Positions 22,101-29,640 of a stretch of 64,000 nucleotides of DNA are shown piece by piece. The translations under genes were made by a program, and so were the position numbers. Source of the stretch: a virus; the IMG/VR virus record IMGVR_UViG_3300035670_000150, positions 8,588-72,587 of that record; one strand, written 5' to 3'. The notes beneath the pieces are model-generated. The model was not told where the DNA came from and did not search any database. It saw only the letters and a list, made by a program, of their open reading frames with translations. Numbering within the stretch: position 1 is the first letter of the stretch; every line of letters starts with the position of its first letter.

Positions 22101-23503
22101 CTTTGGCTGATAACGAATTAGTCCCTACCTTTGACAGCAAAGGACAAGTGATTGACTATCGTTATATTATGAAACAAGAAGTTAAGGATACTTTACTCAG
22201 AAGGGATAACAGGGTAGACCAAGTGTTTGGGGCTATGTCAGCGAGTGCTACCGTTAAGAAAAATACTGTAATAGTAAACTCAGCATTAATGAAAGCTCTC
22301 TATGACCAGTATAGCCATGACAGAAAGAACAATAATGTTAGGGGCTATTTGTTAGTTGAGCCTAATGCCAAGGATAAACAACTTGCTGAAATTTGGAATT
22401 TGATGCCACAAGAAGCTCAAAAAGAAGCTACTGCTTTATTTGGTAGAGAAGGCGTGTATGTCAGGAAGGATGTGATTAATGCAGCCTTTGGTTATCGTAA
22501 ATGGACTATAGCCAATCTTTGGAATCCAAATAATGATTATCCTGAAGTGGTCAAGAATGCCCTTAATCAGCTCATTACGAGCATTTATGGCAAAGCCCTA
22601 GCCAAGTTCCTTATGATGGGTGAAAGAGGGCTTCAGGAGATTGTTAAGGAGGCTAAAGACATTATCGTGATTAAATCGGTTGTGGTGCTTGCGAGTAACT
22701 TCATGTCTAACACAGTACAGTTGTTCCTGCTCCACGATGTGAACCCGATTAAAGCGGTGTCTGACCAGATAACAGCTATCACTGCTGCTCAGGAGTACAA
22801 CAAGAATGCTAAGGAGATATTCTTCTTGCAGGCTAAAGTAGATGCCAATATTGCAACCTCAGCTATGCGTTTGAAATTGCACCAATTGTTGCAAGACCAA
22901 GCAAGGAATCCAGTTAAAGGACTGATTGATGCAGGTATGCTACAAACGATTGTCGATGATGCCAGCGCCCAAGAAGACTTGTACTCGTTCAAGCATGGCT
23001 TAATTGGTAAGTTAGAGGAAGTGACTTCGGCCATTCCTGATGGGGTGAAAGAAGCCTTTAAGCAGGTTACTTTCCAACAGGGTTCTATAGCCTACGACTT
23101 TTTGAGAAGAGCTACGCAATTCTCGGACTTTGCTGCACGGTATGCATTGTATACCCACCAAGTAAATAATGAGGGAGTAAGCCACGACAAAGCCATTCAA
23201 AATATTATGGATGCTTTTGTTAACTACGACTTACCCCCACATAAAGCGATGCAGTACACAAATGATATGGGTATTACTTGGTTCTTTAAGTACTTCATAC
23301 GGATGCAGAAGGTTATTGTGAAGAGTTTCAGGAAGAATCCTGCCAAGGTATTAAGCTTATCTGTTGGGGCAGACATGTTAGGAATTAACATACCTACCCC
23401 GCTAGATGCTTTTGCTCCGTTCGTGGATGTGAATAGAAAGATTGGACTAATAGATGGTTTTAGCATGGCTGCTAATGCCCTTCCATTAGCCAAGGTGTTC
23501 TAA
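13199..23503 (+). CDS. Virion-encapsidated RNA polymerase (N4 gp50-like)
   Basis: 3434 aa with no Cys found; motif A ELDGVTNG, motif B RNFVKNPITTTVYASG, motif C NVFDA; HEAIH motif in the C-terminal region. Confidence 0.97.
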   Translation: MAKTPLDTAYDEILSPAEQKLAAAVEASNKDLAVIADIRKSYLDAQTARVRDRAESPNAVVSDTDLSTFTGQLTNLAISAGAKTVSVLGDVIQAPAKLWRENELASANITQEDIDNYWSLKNKQVQEAAGMNLLEDYTEAEKALTKPNIGKTRGVGTYMTTHDAPSKAQTLDAFFEGEKNAQVSRTYVYDAFSRYANDLKKNEVMADAKKTYEENKKDVVQGFEELRKGDLAGIGKMVSAADKMGADALVTLFTNPSGTAQLAAEAIPTAVMAAISAPLSAAAYGTSYIRDAEDMYRREYKKMPLGTDRAIMVSGSMLAGAVGTYADRLLGRAVVNSIGGNATKVAGEVAEDVAQGSLKEGAKKVTQELVDTALGIAATATKEGITEATEQAINEYSGKQDIDKMDGAEIFANGVAGFGAGGMLAGGATAVGKVNDFAKSAKASIVAKEATKTVLAADAKADEATSEQGVVNPEVRKGADLSSSLGIAKVIRNARTVLEKDETDQGTREDTILFAKHALSSIDNRLDATAEKLLDVEDMSKVEGISEDAKELLNSTKNELLKEQKRLQKIKDENAEKITAEYDALVSNPEVYEAAKSRLTAEKLDELADMDTQAVPLDEESDTTETDTTPTVDNTLDKDAALLAASSLVTDKVTPEDLEAAANSSKISPQRATQLKETAILNRLIDVAKSSAMVAKDIIEGGEGFVGIKQYQQRITEHLNSGSLRTAARDLTSLGKFAAHHEAKAKAYEAALVQAQNAPKGTRIEVAGFRTLPTKANPKGNPVTLDANAGKLVNSVRQEADLVKSAFTSLANQVTAFMPKQNTAKPETAPTETAPKAEAPKTEAPKAEPVVQETVNKTEPEAKPEEKTSEPETVSEPTASVQEQTVQEQVAEEQAVEEQVTEEQEDTSPNPITKSVNQGSRAGLKPKHLVNEADAQHLMTNPVTLFKRIKRGVLWAINYRDTNAVMEALNRELTPSESLLLDKLPVFMGGFEARLRSLLPSPETVLSKRGWQSVSAPLHAFTLEDGTFSKEFTEAMAISALEYLESNSLSLMGDNTTSIATLLGLDTKDFVPTREQYEALGNAGSPYADVAQKLGAIALKNMGMKKDSSKPQNIMNNMEYDLGRAIIGALNGTTRENGILTVTSYKISDLVALGGDYTIDPKNPHATIESIAFNPKVVASFLGVKDVSSIFGGTNGLLTTLTSNKAELPKAEIGTKTQKVSNFIRRSKGQKAPKEFVEGLQKDANVPNYLDLNMHTLFNELGKNWFAYMLGTRDASKAILGKRPSIEGKNKTAEVDITRYEMFLARMQETAGNLTAPFFYNYRIGKQLRASAIGSDINFQTSKFHRYMTAMEPSEIDMVNDTNQSFTLFKLGVAQGLGFGVDKKTIQASLAFYDSVLADPVFMNGVYAIKEILSGTPATDGHRQAILDAVEKGEEATHSLKSLTGLAEMLMATEGKFNTTVTLELDGVTNGVANAHIQMGLAMQNGKLTETSRIRLAQSGFFLDGTETYNEWINRAGNMDMYQSTAVAANVAEQVWIEDSANQDMLGTLATFKKYTGELVKETIEGDLAATSEGRNFVKNPITTTVYASGAKSRSDKMADKVMDNLLDAVEKAVLANDVQALNELKQDISTLAGMRIIFPRNMMEFEFNSFIAKGIKYSFSKSLGAIVNEAISNEYAKQLDNTALVTETSNVIFDMFNALYQTKIKEKLAELRSAGKLSTYAYLSEDQLDEIKNSLLHTMPVFNSFYGNISNGVMTAKYSGTSNVSNADKDVKAAFHLGSALGHRGSNYSYTDGYEAPAAGTMAILNIAFGDATTMARAAYKSDEPLGLNVFDARLTRIANVANTATALNESAYEAVTYHNLLGTVSKRLQEATKEFMQSGVSKTYSPEINALAHKVLVAHYSDGLSLINGKAHYKNSDGKPIALEDAEVAQSFTPDMLVRYIDNLNARMTAAHKQSQEAKQVLYKSLSVNQFSSVTGGAKFANGKKQDVRDFTMEEAANAQASLETRIIETVMDSTEPLTGDIDQTLANLEAVLPPVQAETPSVATVEPKLEAIIAGRTEFPLADILNNLKDLTDIRTAKAMRELLSNLRGSNIQVRILGANEQKVIATSLGEMSTESLYGYWEPNEKVIYLQGTHSPNSGVAIETLLHEAIHAALDSRLTSIEKQLTQGVNGGHTVKELSAYKHIEQMRAKAKEFLDADSTANIKEFIAWGLSNAKNRGLLSKQPTRIRAFVKAIVTQLKLMLGLKTQDSNMLLDLLADAMVIGKAGTEVRSSLDNTIASSPQVAHDATRYMDLNQIYDHIAKSNTNTITASHDAHLREVLNKAVIKAINPTLLVIPDNAKTLSSQDAALLHALDPEIRKDFGLLTALNFRVSDQELMVYATYSTIIGSALNDFGWNTREIRRMYAHAKKNLSWRDFIGQDSVLDTEADRARSESEARARYNAVFANTQTNDYLRNFMALAATNEAFRERLATLTTPPAVSKAIRGETVRDTLKNIIEAILNFLNDLAITRSHEPTVLAKLDKLAKNIRHREIKEKNKLQSKIIKSAKFASKVLNTVNEFSRIKIDKAFDKMKKKVSKRRILNAAVTLSSVVLSERRASEFAFGLDTIQNFMTTGREGFVSALWTDLKGTDDSNIRIHSLLATKNKLIDQETVNVKTNTSELVKSLFGKELTDKESVAATKVLIAPDLSSLLTNGYSFAQIANFLNNPLAVKNEATRLQVAIRQQAPKGTDEYFINQAKNTAHMMIRGYQKYRGHVMSNAATIVTLFGTGEPNPNASMQVRTMVDSLITLEALQLVDPVQLQMMSNLYKREAARKGENGVESLLAMHNVVKDKVLKNTFLGNEFNYVKGHTTDITDPYMSIQIAPKSMENELLMQNYERVGEPLVKDKHDPVAEPMYMYVSNYGGEATYLQGAMSLASKGARGMSVLDANNQAGNALPIYKQKDLINKIRRGKAIDNQKLFMPNPPLADNELVPTFDSKGQVIDYRYIMKQEVKDTLLRRDNRVDQVFGAMSASATVKKNTVIVNSALMKALYDQYSHDRKNNNVRGYLLVEPNAKDKQLAEIWNLMPQEAQKEATALFGREGVYVRKDVINAAFGYRKWTIANLWNPNNDYPEVVKNALNQLITSIYGKALAKFLMMGERGLQEIVKEAKDIIVIKSVVVLASNFMSNTVQLFLLHDVNPIKAVSDQITAITAAQEYNKNAKEIFFLQAKVDANIATSAMRLKLHQLLQDQARNPVKGLIDAGMLQTIVDDASAQEDLYSFKHGLIGKLEEVTSAIPDGVKEAFKQVTFQQGSIAYDFLRRATQFSDFAARYALYTHQVNNEGVSHDKAIQNIMDAFVNYDLPPHKAMQYTNDMGITWFFKYFIRMQKVIVKSFRKNPAKVLSLSVGADMLGINIPTPLDAFAPFVDVNRKIGLIDGFSMAANALPLAKVF

Positions 23504-23694
23504 CTATCCTTATCTTTGTTGGTTCCCCTAATGTCCCTGATGATTACTAGGGCTAGGGGAATTGCAATTAGGATACCTGCTATTAAGGCAAGAACAGGGA
23601 GAATCAGGGGGATAAAGACTATAAGTCCTATCCCCACTGCAACTACTAGAATAGCTAAGAACAGTTCCCAAAGACCTGTCAGCAAATTCCACAT
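23500..23694 (-). CDS. Small membrane protein
   Basis: 64 aa, two hydrophobic helices and a charged tail; converges on the vRNAP stop. Confidence 0.65.
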   Translation of the reverse strand: MWNLLTGLWELFLAILVVAVGIGLIVFIPLILPVLALIAGILIAIPLALVIIRDIRGTNKDKDS

Positions 23695-23704
23695 AGTTAC
23701 CTAC

Positions 23705-24178
23705 TTATAAGAAAGGGTCTTCCTCTTCTTCTTCTTCATCCGCAAAAGCGTTTTCCGCTACTTCAGGTGCAGCTTTTGGCTTACCTTTACCCGCTTTCTT
23801 AGCAGCGGTTTCAGGTGCTGCTGTCTCTTCTTGGAATGGGTCTGTATCTTCCGTTTCGAGGAAAGCTGATGCAGGGTCTTTTTGTTGTTCAGTTGCAGGC
23901 GCTTCTTCTTCGACAGGAAGCTCCACTTCTTCATCCCAACCGTTATCGGTGCCATTGTCTGCCACTTCGGCAACTTTAGTAGGTGATTGAGCACTGGCAT
24001 CAATTGGCTCCATATGGGCTTCAATCATCGCTTCGATAGTCGGAGGATTTCTGCGAGCCACAAATGAAATGGCGCTAATCACAATGTTGGGGTCATGTGC
24101 AGCAACCTTATCAATGATAAGCTGCTTAAGGCCAGCTTCATCAATTTTGATACTTACGCTACGTGTGATTTCTAACAT
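23705..24178 (-). CDS. Hypothetical protein with acidic disordered C-terminus
   Basis: GAGG RBS; ends EEEEEEDPFL. Confidence 0.7.
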   Translation of the reverse strand: MLEITRSVSIKIDEAGLKQLIIDKVAAHDPNIVISAISFVARRNPPTIEAMIEAHMEPIDASAQSPTKVAEVADNGTDNGWDEEVELPVEEEAPATEQQKDPASAFLETEDTDPFQEETAAPETAAKKAGKGKPKAAPEVAENAFADEEEEEEDPFL

Positions 24179-24186
24179 GCTTACCT

Positions 24187-24585
24187 CTATATGATTTCTT
24201 TAATGTAAATAGTTACCCTTGGGTTGGCTTTATCTATGCCACCAAAGGCAAAGCGTTCTTCGACAATAACTTGGTAGTTATCGTCAGGTATTTTCCCCAT
24301 TTCAGTCAGAGCGTCCGTAAAGAATTTAGCAATGATAGTGCAGATGTTGTGTGTATCGCAGAGACGGGCGTTACCCACAAAGAGTACATACTTCACCATT
24401 ATAGGATGTTGAAAAGTAGGTAATTTCTCTATCTGTTCTTGCATTAACTTTTTGTACTCTATCTTCATACTGTTCAGGGTGTGGAAATGAGCATTCCTGT
24501 AAATATTCAGATTGAGAGCAAAATCCTTTGCACGTACCCTCTTAATCTTCAATGGGGAAAAAAGGGTGTAAAACTTGGTGCTCAT
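24187..24585 (-). CDS. RusA-like Holliday junction resolvase
   Basis: LNLNIYRNAHF N-terminus; D-x-x-N...KFFTDAL...IPDDN acidic catalytic pattern. Confidence 0.75.
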   Translation of the reverse strand: MSTKFYTLFSPLKIKRVRAKDFALNLNIYRNAHFHTLNSMKIEYKKLMQEQIEKLPTFQHPIMVKYVLFVGNARLCDTHNICTIIAKFFTDALTEMGKIPDDNYQVIVEERFAFGGIDKANPRVTIYIKEII

Positions 24586-24603
24586 ACAGTACCCCTAAGT
24601 AAT

Positions 24604-24623
24604 AAGCCCCTATACAGGGGCTT
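24604..24623 (-). terminator. Terminator hairpin downstream of SSB
   Basis: AAGCCCCT-ATAC-AGGGGCTT. Confidence 0.7.
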
Positions 24624-24647
24624 TGGTTACTTTAGCACTGAGGAAGC

Positions 24648-25454
24648 TTAAGCGAAAGGGTCTTCTTCGTCAGCATCCATAGGAGCTGATTCTTGTACTG
24701 GTGCCTGTTTAGAAGCTGTAGCAGGAGTACCTTCTTCTTCGGCACCAAACAGGTCGGAGGTATCAGTAGGAGTACTGAATGGGTTATCCCCCATGCTAGT
24801 ACCAACTGCACCTTCGATTGGCTTGTAGGTGTTTTTAACATTGCCTGTCCAATGCTTAACCCAATCGTTATACATCTTGGGTTCTGTCTTGCCATTGGCC
24901 ACTTCTTTAGGGGTCAGGTCATTGGCAGCATTAAACACCATATGGATTTCGTTGGTTTCCCGCTTATCATTGGTTGCAGCACCGTTTTTGAAGCCGTTGC
25001 TAATCACTTTGATGATACCGAGTTTGACCAGCTTCTTGCACATCATAGGCAACACTGGCACTGTCTGAGGAATCTCTTTGCGAGATTCAGCATCGTACAG
25101 GTCAATGGTTTTTTTCTGCTTGGCTTTGAACACTTCCATAAATGGTTTGCCACAAGTAGCCAAGCACAGGTTGTCCAAAAGTTGATACCCGGGTAATTTC
25201 ACTGCTTTACCTGATTTCTTGTTCATGTAGAACACTTCACCTTTGGCATTAGTGAAATACAGGGTATAACGACGTTCATCACCTTCTTTGTTTTTGGTGG
25301 TGAGGTTTACCGCAGAAGCACCTTTAGCGGATTGGGTGATGTAGGCTTCAGTAATAATTACCTTCTGAATACCGCTATCATCAGCCGACCAACCGCCTAC
25401 GCTTTCTGTGTTGTCTTCTACGTTCTCACCAAAATTGATATTGTTAATATCCAT
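24648..25454 (-). CDS. ssb: Single-stranded DNA-binding protein (N4 gp45-like)
   Basis: DSGI....IT.AY...S.KGA, Y...K.G....LPGY and R..NEI motifs; position after the gp44-like ATPase. Confidence 0.8.
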   Translation of the reverse strand: MDINNINFGENVEDNTESVGGWSADDSGIQKVIITEAYITQSAKGASAVNLTTKNKEGDERRYTLYFTNAKGEVFYMNKKSGKAVKLPGYQLLDNLCLATCGKPFMEVFKAKQKKTIDLYDAESRKEIPQTVPVLPMMCKKLVKLGIIKVISNGFKNGAATNDKRETNEIHMVFNAANDLTPKEVANGKTEPKMYNDWVKHWTGNVKNTYKPIEGAVGTSMGDNPFSTPTDTSDLFGAEEEGTPATASKQAPVQESAPMDADEEDPFA

Positions 25455-26176
25455 TATTTTGCCTCATTAAATGCTTTGAGTTTATTTAAGACATGCATGA
25501 TGTTGTTATCAATGAATGTCTCTTCGCGTTTCCACAAGCCCTTAGTGGAACGGATATTTAAACCCACTCCCATAGCTGTCTTGCGGGTTTGGAATACGTA
25601 TTTACCTTCGTCAATGCGTTCATCTTCAGTGATGTTTAGCATTGGGTTGGCATATTCTTCCAAGTCTGAGAGGTCTACGTAATCCGCAAACACAATGTTT
25701 GTAAAGAAACTTTCGATACCCCTGTTAGCTGTTGAGCCTTTTACTGCAATTGCGAGTTTTGACCTCCCTTTTATATCCTTAGCCATTTCCACATGGCATA
25801 GGAAAATGATGGGCTTATTACATGAGGCTACCCCTGATTGGAACAAATCAAGGATGAAGTCTCGGTATTTATCCCAAATTTGGAATTTGTCATCTGCAAC
25901 ACGCTTTGCGTGCATCTCTTGCATATCCAAGGCAGATGTCAAAGTGTCGATAATGATACCAGCACACTTAGGATTGTTGGCACCTTCTTTTACCCAATGC
26001 GTTAAAGTCGCGGGAGAGGTCACAACAACCTCTTTAAACTTATGGGCAAAGGGCAAAGGTTTATTGGTTTCACAGTTAAGGTAAAGCCAGCTTTGTTGGT
26101 TTGGAATATACTCCAACGAGGCTGACTTTCCGTTACCTGCTAAACCACATACTGCAACTATGTAGTCATTAGCCAT
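25454..26176 (-). CDS. AAA_24/Sak4-like ATPase (N4 gp44-like)
   Basis: Walker A GLAGNGKS; YLNCE..K.LPF; IIIDT; GIESFF. Confidence 0.85.
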   Translation of the reverse strand: MANDYIVAVCGLAGNGKSASLEYIPNQQSWLYLNCETNKPLPFAHKFKEVVVTSPATLTHWVKEGANNPKCAGIIIDTLTSALDMQEMHAKRVADDKFQIWDKYRDFILDLFQSGVASCNKPIIFLCHVEMAKDIKGRSKLAIAVKGSTANRGIESFFTNIVFADYVDLSDLEEYANPMLNITEDERIDEGKYVFQTRKTAMGVGLNIRSTKGLWKREETFIDNNIMHVLNKLKAFNEAK

Positions 26177-26178
26177 GG

Positions 26179-28335
26179 TTACTTTTTACCTTTAATCGAT
26201 TTGAGAATAGTCTCTTCAAGTTCCTTACTACTTAACGGGTCGTCAAGTAATTCGTTAACTTCAATGACTGCCGCCTCTATCTTATCAATGCCAACTTTTT
26301 GCTCCGCTAGGAAAGCTGCATAACGATATAGGGTTTGGTTTCTGTTCCCTTCAGTAGCTGTCCGTACTACCCAACGCTTCATTCCACCTACAGAGACCAT
26401 CTTACCTTTGGTGGTTTCCAGCTCTTCAGAACGCTGCGTATTTGGATAATAGGGCATTACCCCTAGGTTGATACCATCCAACTTACTAAACACCTTAGAG
26501 CCTGCGTAATAGCGGTATTTGCGTTCACGCTGAATAGCTGGAATATCCACAGTCACTGGCAACCAATAAGCAATGTTTTTACACAGTGCTCGGTACTGGT
26601 CTTCTTCCAATGTGACTTTATGTGACAATGGCAGAATGAGTCTGTACCGTGGGTCTTGCTCAGTGTGGGACTTAGTGGTGTAAATGATGTGGTTGTACTC
26701 ACCTAAAATCTTCGAGAGAAACTCGGGTTTGATTTTGGTTTGGTCAACATCAAATACCACCATATTAGCGCCCGCTATTGTGGTATCCCGTGTACGTCTA
26801 CCGTTCCCCACCTCACCATTTTCAAAGTGGTGATTACAGAAGTTACCTGTTTTGGATGCAAAGAATGCGGGTAACTTATGGAATGGGGGGGTATTGTTGG
26901 TGTACTTATCCGCGAACTCAGTTGAGGTCGATAGGATAGCTTTGCTTAGGTCGTTCTCTTCCAGTTTGGTTCCCTTGTAGAACATGACGTTAGCCTCTTT
27001 GTAGGCTGTGATAGCCAAGGCATTCTTATAGCCATAGGACATGGCTAAGTTAATCAAGTCCTTTTTGGATGAAACAGAACCAGAATAAAAAGGTAAATAC
27101 TCAACCAAATCCGCTTCCGTTACAGGGGTGCCAAAGTCAGCTAAGAAGTTAGCCAAACGAATGTGCGCCCTTGGTTGGTTTAGGATTTTGTAGAGTGATT
27201 CCCCTGAACGTTCTGCAATAGCAATGGCATTCTGTAAGTGCAGGATAGACACTTCATTTTTGCCATCACAGAATGCATAGGCAGCAGCAAGCTTAAGCGC
27301 CTTAACATGCCTATGGGTCATTTCAGTACGCTCAATAGGGCGGTATTCTGAAATCATCTCAGCACGGGTTTTGCAGAAGTCTTGATAGTCCATACGGAAC
27401 TTTTCAGCATCTTCCCCTACATAGATGGTCTTACCCACAAGGGCAATATCAGCAAGGCGTTTAAAATGCTTTCTGATAGCCATAACTTCGTTCTGAGTGT
27501 TCTTGTCCGTTAAGGTCTTGAATATCTCATCACGGGTCTTTTTATTGACGTTCTTAAGGTTGAGGTCACCATAGGCAAAGAAGCAGCGTCTGCCATAGCC
27601 TGTTTTTAACCAGTTGAGGAATATTTCTTCTACCTTACCGCCATCGAATACGTTGACTGGTGTACCGAAGGCAAACACGTTAGCAGGGGTATAACCTTTA
27701 ACAGGTCTTGCCCGCTTGTTTTCCTTGGTGGCCTTAATCAACTTATCCTTGGTGAACCCTACGTCATAGAGTTCAAGGAAGGTAGCAATGATTTCCCCAT
27801 TGTTGGTTAGGTTTGAACCTATTTCATCCATCTCAAGACTGGCAGCACCACAGCGAGCCAAGTTAATTGACTTGCATAGTTGCTTCAGTGCAGGTGAAGT
27901 ACCTTCAGGGAATGCATAGAGGAAATGGCCGTTCTGAGTAAAGTCAGTCAGCAATTCCGCTTCCACATCACTTGAGTCTTCCCCTGTCTTAGCTGCAATT
28001 TCCATAGCCAAATCGGTAATGGATTTCTTAGCACGGTTAGGGTAAGTCGAGTGAACGAACTCTTCCTCGAAGTCACAGAAAATTTCATTTTCCATGATGT
28101 TCTGAGAGTAGTTTTTACCATAGCCTGATTCAGCAAACGCAATAGCAAAAGCATTCACAGGCATTTTATTGTTTGTGATAGTTTGCACAGAGACATGCAT
28201 ATTACTGGCTAACTTACACAAGTAGTAAGCAGTCTCTATTCGGAAGAACATCCTGTCTTGGTTCTGTACCTGAGTACATACCAAATCAATAATCTTCTCC
28301 GAAAGATGATGATACGGGAATGACGTTACTAGCAT
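26179..28335 (-). CDS. DNA primase/replication protein (N4 gp43-like)
   Basis: SGYGK, DEIGSN and LELYD.G..KDKL motifs; FDVD, YTTKSH, RYRLILP primase-polymerase-like motifs; C-terminal EGNRN PriCT-like motif. Confidence 0.85.
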   Translation of the reverse strand: MLVTSFPYHHLSEKIIDLVCTQVQNQDRMFFRIETAYYLCKLASNMHVSVQTITNNKMPVNAFAIAFAESGYGKNYSQNIMENEIFCDFEEEFVHSTYPNRAKKSITDLAMEIAAKTGEDSSDVEAELLTDFTQNGHFLYAFPEGTSPALKQLCKSINLARCGAASLEMDEIGSNLTNNGEIIATFLELYDVGFTKDKLIKATKENKRARPVKGYTPANVFAFGTPVNVFDGGKVEEIFLNWLKTGYGRRCFFAYGDLNLKNVNKKTRDEIFKTLTDKNTQNEVMAIRKHFKRLADIALVGKTIYVGEDAEKFRMDYQDFCKTRAEMISEYRPIERTEMTHRHVKALKLAAAYAFCDGKNEVSILHLQNAIAIAERSGESLYKILNQPRAHIRLANFLADFGTPVTEADLVEYLPFYSGSVSSKKDLINLAMSYGYKNALAITAYKEANVMFYKGTKLEENDLSKAILSTSTEFADKYTNNTPPFHKLPAFFASKTGNFCNHHFENGEVGNGRRTRDTTIAGANMVVFDVDQTKIKPEFLSKILGEYNHIIYTTKSHTEQDPRYRLILPLSHKVTLEEDQYRALCKNIAYWLPVTVDIPAIQRERKYRYYAGSKVFSKLDGINLGVMPYYPNTQRSEELETTKGKMVSVGGMKRWVVRTATEGNRNQTLYRYAAFLAEQKVGIDKIEAAVIEVNELLDDPLSSKELEETILKSIKGKK

Positions 28336-29302
28336 TTTGAATTAATCCTTTGTTAAGCAGGCGTTGATACTGACTACAAATTGGAGAGCCAAAACAATAT
28401 TCACACGCTTTAGCAAATTGAGGTTTTTCTTTTACTACCCCACAACCTTTTTCAGCCGCATACGCCAAAGCTTCATTACGGGCATTGTCCGAATCGAAGT
28501 TTTTGCTTGCCCGTGCAGCATCAGGTTTAGAAAAGTACTGATAAACAGGCTTCTCATCCATCCAAAGCTCTTCGCGGGTACACTCAATGGTATCCACATC
28601 TTCAATGGTCAAGTCACGATGTTCCCGAATACGGTCAGCCATCCACTGTTCTAATTGTCGGAAAGACATTAGAGGTACTCGGAATCCCATAATAGGAGCA
28701 TGGGGATACTTGTCATCATTGTTGATTTTATCGCGGAAACCCTGCATCCAGTTTTGGTAGATGGAGTAGTAAGTACCGAATGAAATATTTGCAGGCAAGT
28801 TGTTTTTAATACGGAGCCATGCGTAAATACTTAATTGGATAATACGTTCTTTTTCTTTGGTTTTATCGCCAAAGGAAAAGGTATTTTCAGTCTTCCAATC
28901 CACCACCTCACCGTCAATGGTAATGTCATACTTACCCGAAATAGTGTAAGTCACACCGTCAACATCAATAGTGGCAGTCAAACGTTTTTCCACTGACATT
29001 TCAGGTACAAACATCCCAAGCTGTTTGGCTACCTTAGCAACCTCATTAGCGTCTTGGTTACTTTCTTCAATGGCGGCATGGATATTTTGCCCGCGAATAG
29101 CAGCCATACGCTTAGTAATATCCATTGGGTAATGGATACTTGGTGAGCGAGCCACAGCAGAGGATAACTTCGTTTTCTTGGTAGGCTTAATTAACGATGT
29201 GGCCGAGAAGGTTTTAGGGTCAGGGTTATAGTCGTAATCGTCATTCAAGAGCCACATAGCAAGTGGCAGTGGAATGTTATACTGGTTAGTAAGGGTAATC
29301 AT
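28286..29302 (-). CDS. PD-(D/E)xK nuclease (N4 gp42-like)
   Basis: SATSLIKP, G.NIH, ISGKYD...DWK and IQLSIY motifs; C-terminal CxxC..C. Confidence 0.82.
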   Translation of the reverse strand: MITLTNQYNIPLPLAMWLLNDDYDYNPDPKTFSATSLIKPTKKTKLSSAVARSPSIHYPMDITKRMAAIRGQNIHAAIEESNQDANEVAKVAKQLGMFVPEMSVEKRLTATIDVDGVTYTISGKYDITIDGEVVDWKTENTFSFGDKTKEKERIIQLSIYAWLRIKNNLPANISFGTYYSIYQNWMQGFRDKINNDDKYPHAPIMGFRVPLMSFRQLEQWMADRIREHRDLTIEDVDTIECTREELWMDEKPVYQYFSKPDAARASKNFDSDNARNEALAYAAEKGCGVVKEKPQFAKACEYCFGSPICSQYQRLLNKGLIQNASNVIPVSSSFGEDY

Positions 29303-29304
29303 GC

Positions 29305-29640
29305 TTACCTCAGAATAAAGTGAGTAGTTTTGGAATCACTTACAGCAGTAAAGATTTCACCCACAATAAGGTAACTTTTATTGCGGGGGTTAAATACTAC
29401 TGCAAAGTCGAGTGTAGGGGTATGACTTTGGACAACTTCAGCACTACTTTCGTAAATTTCTTCGAAAGTGGTAGCTGAAGCGGGGGTATGTCCTAAGTCT
29501 AACAGCCCTTTAAAGTACGGTAATACCGTATCCGTAACAAGGTGGGCAGGATATGCAATGGAATAACCTCGATATGGCATAAACAACCACGTTGTATTTT
29601 GTAACATCAAATAAGCGAGCATTTCATCATAGGTCTTCAT
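29305..29640 (-). CDS. Hypothetical protein
   Basis: Start overlaps the polymerase stop (ATGA coupling). Confidence 0.6.
   Translation of the reverse strand: MKTYDEMLAYLMLQNTTWLFMPYRGYSIAYPAHLVTDTVLPYFKGLLDLGHTPASATTFEEIYESSAEVVQSHTPTLDFAVVFNPRNKSYLIVGEIFTAVSDSKTTHFILR

Noticed and set aside
23516-23710. + strand ORF after vRNAP
   Set aside because: Mirror of the hydrophobic - strand ORF, which has an ATG, an RBS and operon context
28286-29302. Cas4-like nuclease suggesting a CRISPR system
   Set aside because: Occupies the core N4 gp42 replication position; no repeat-spacer array or other cas genes seen
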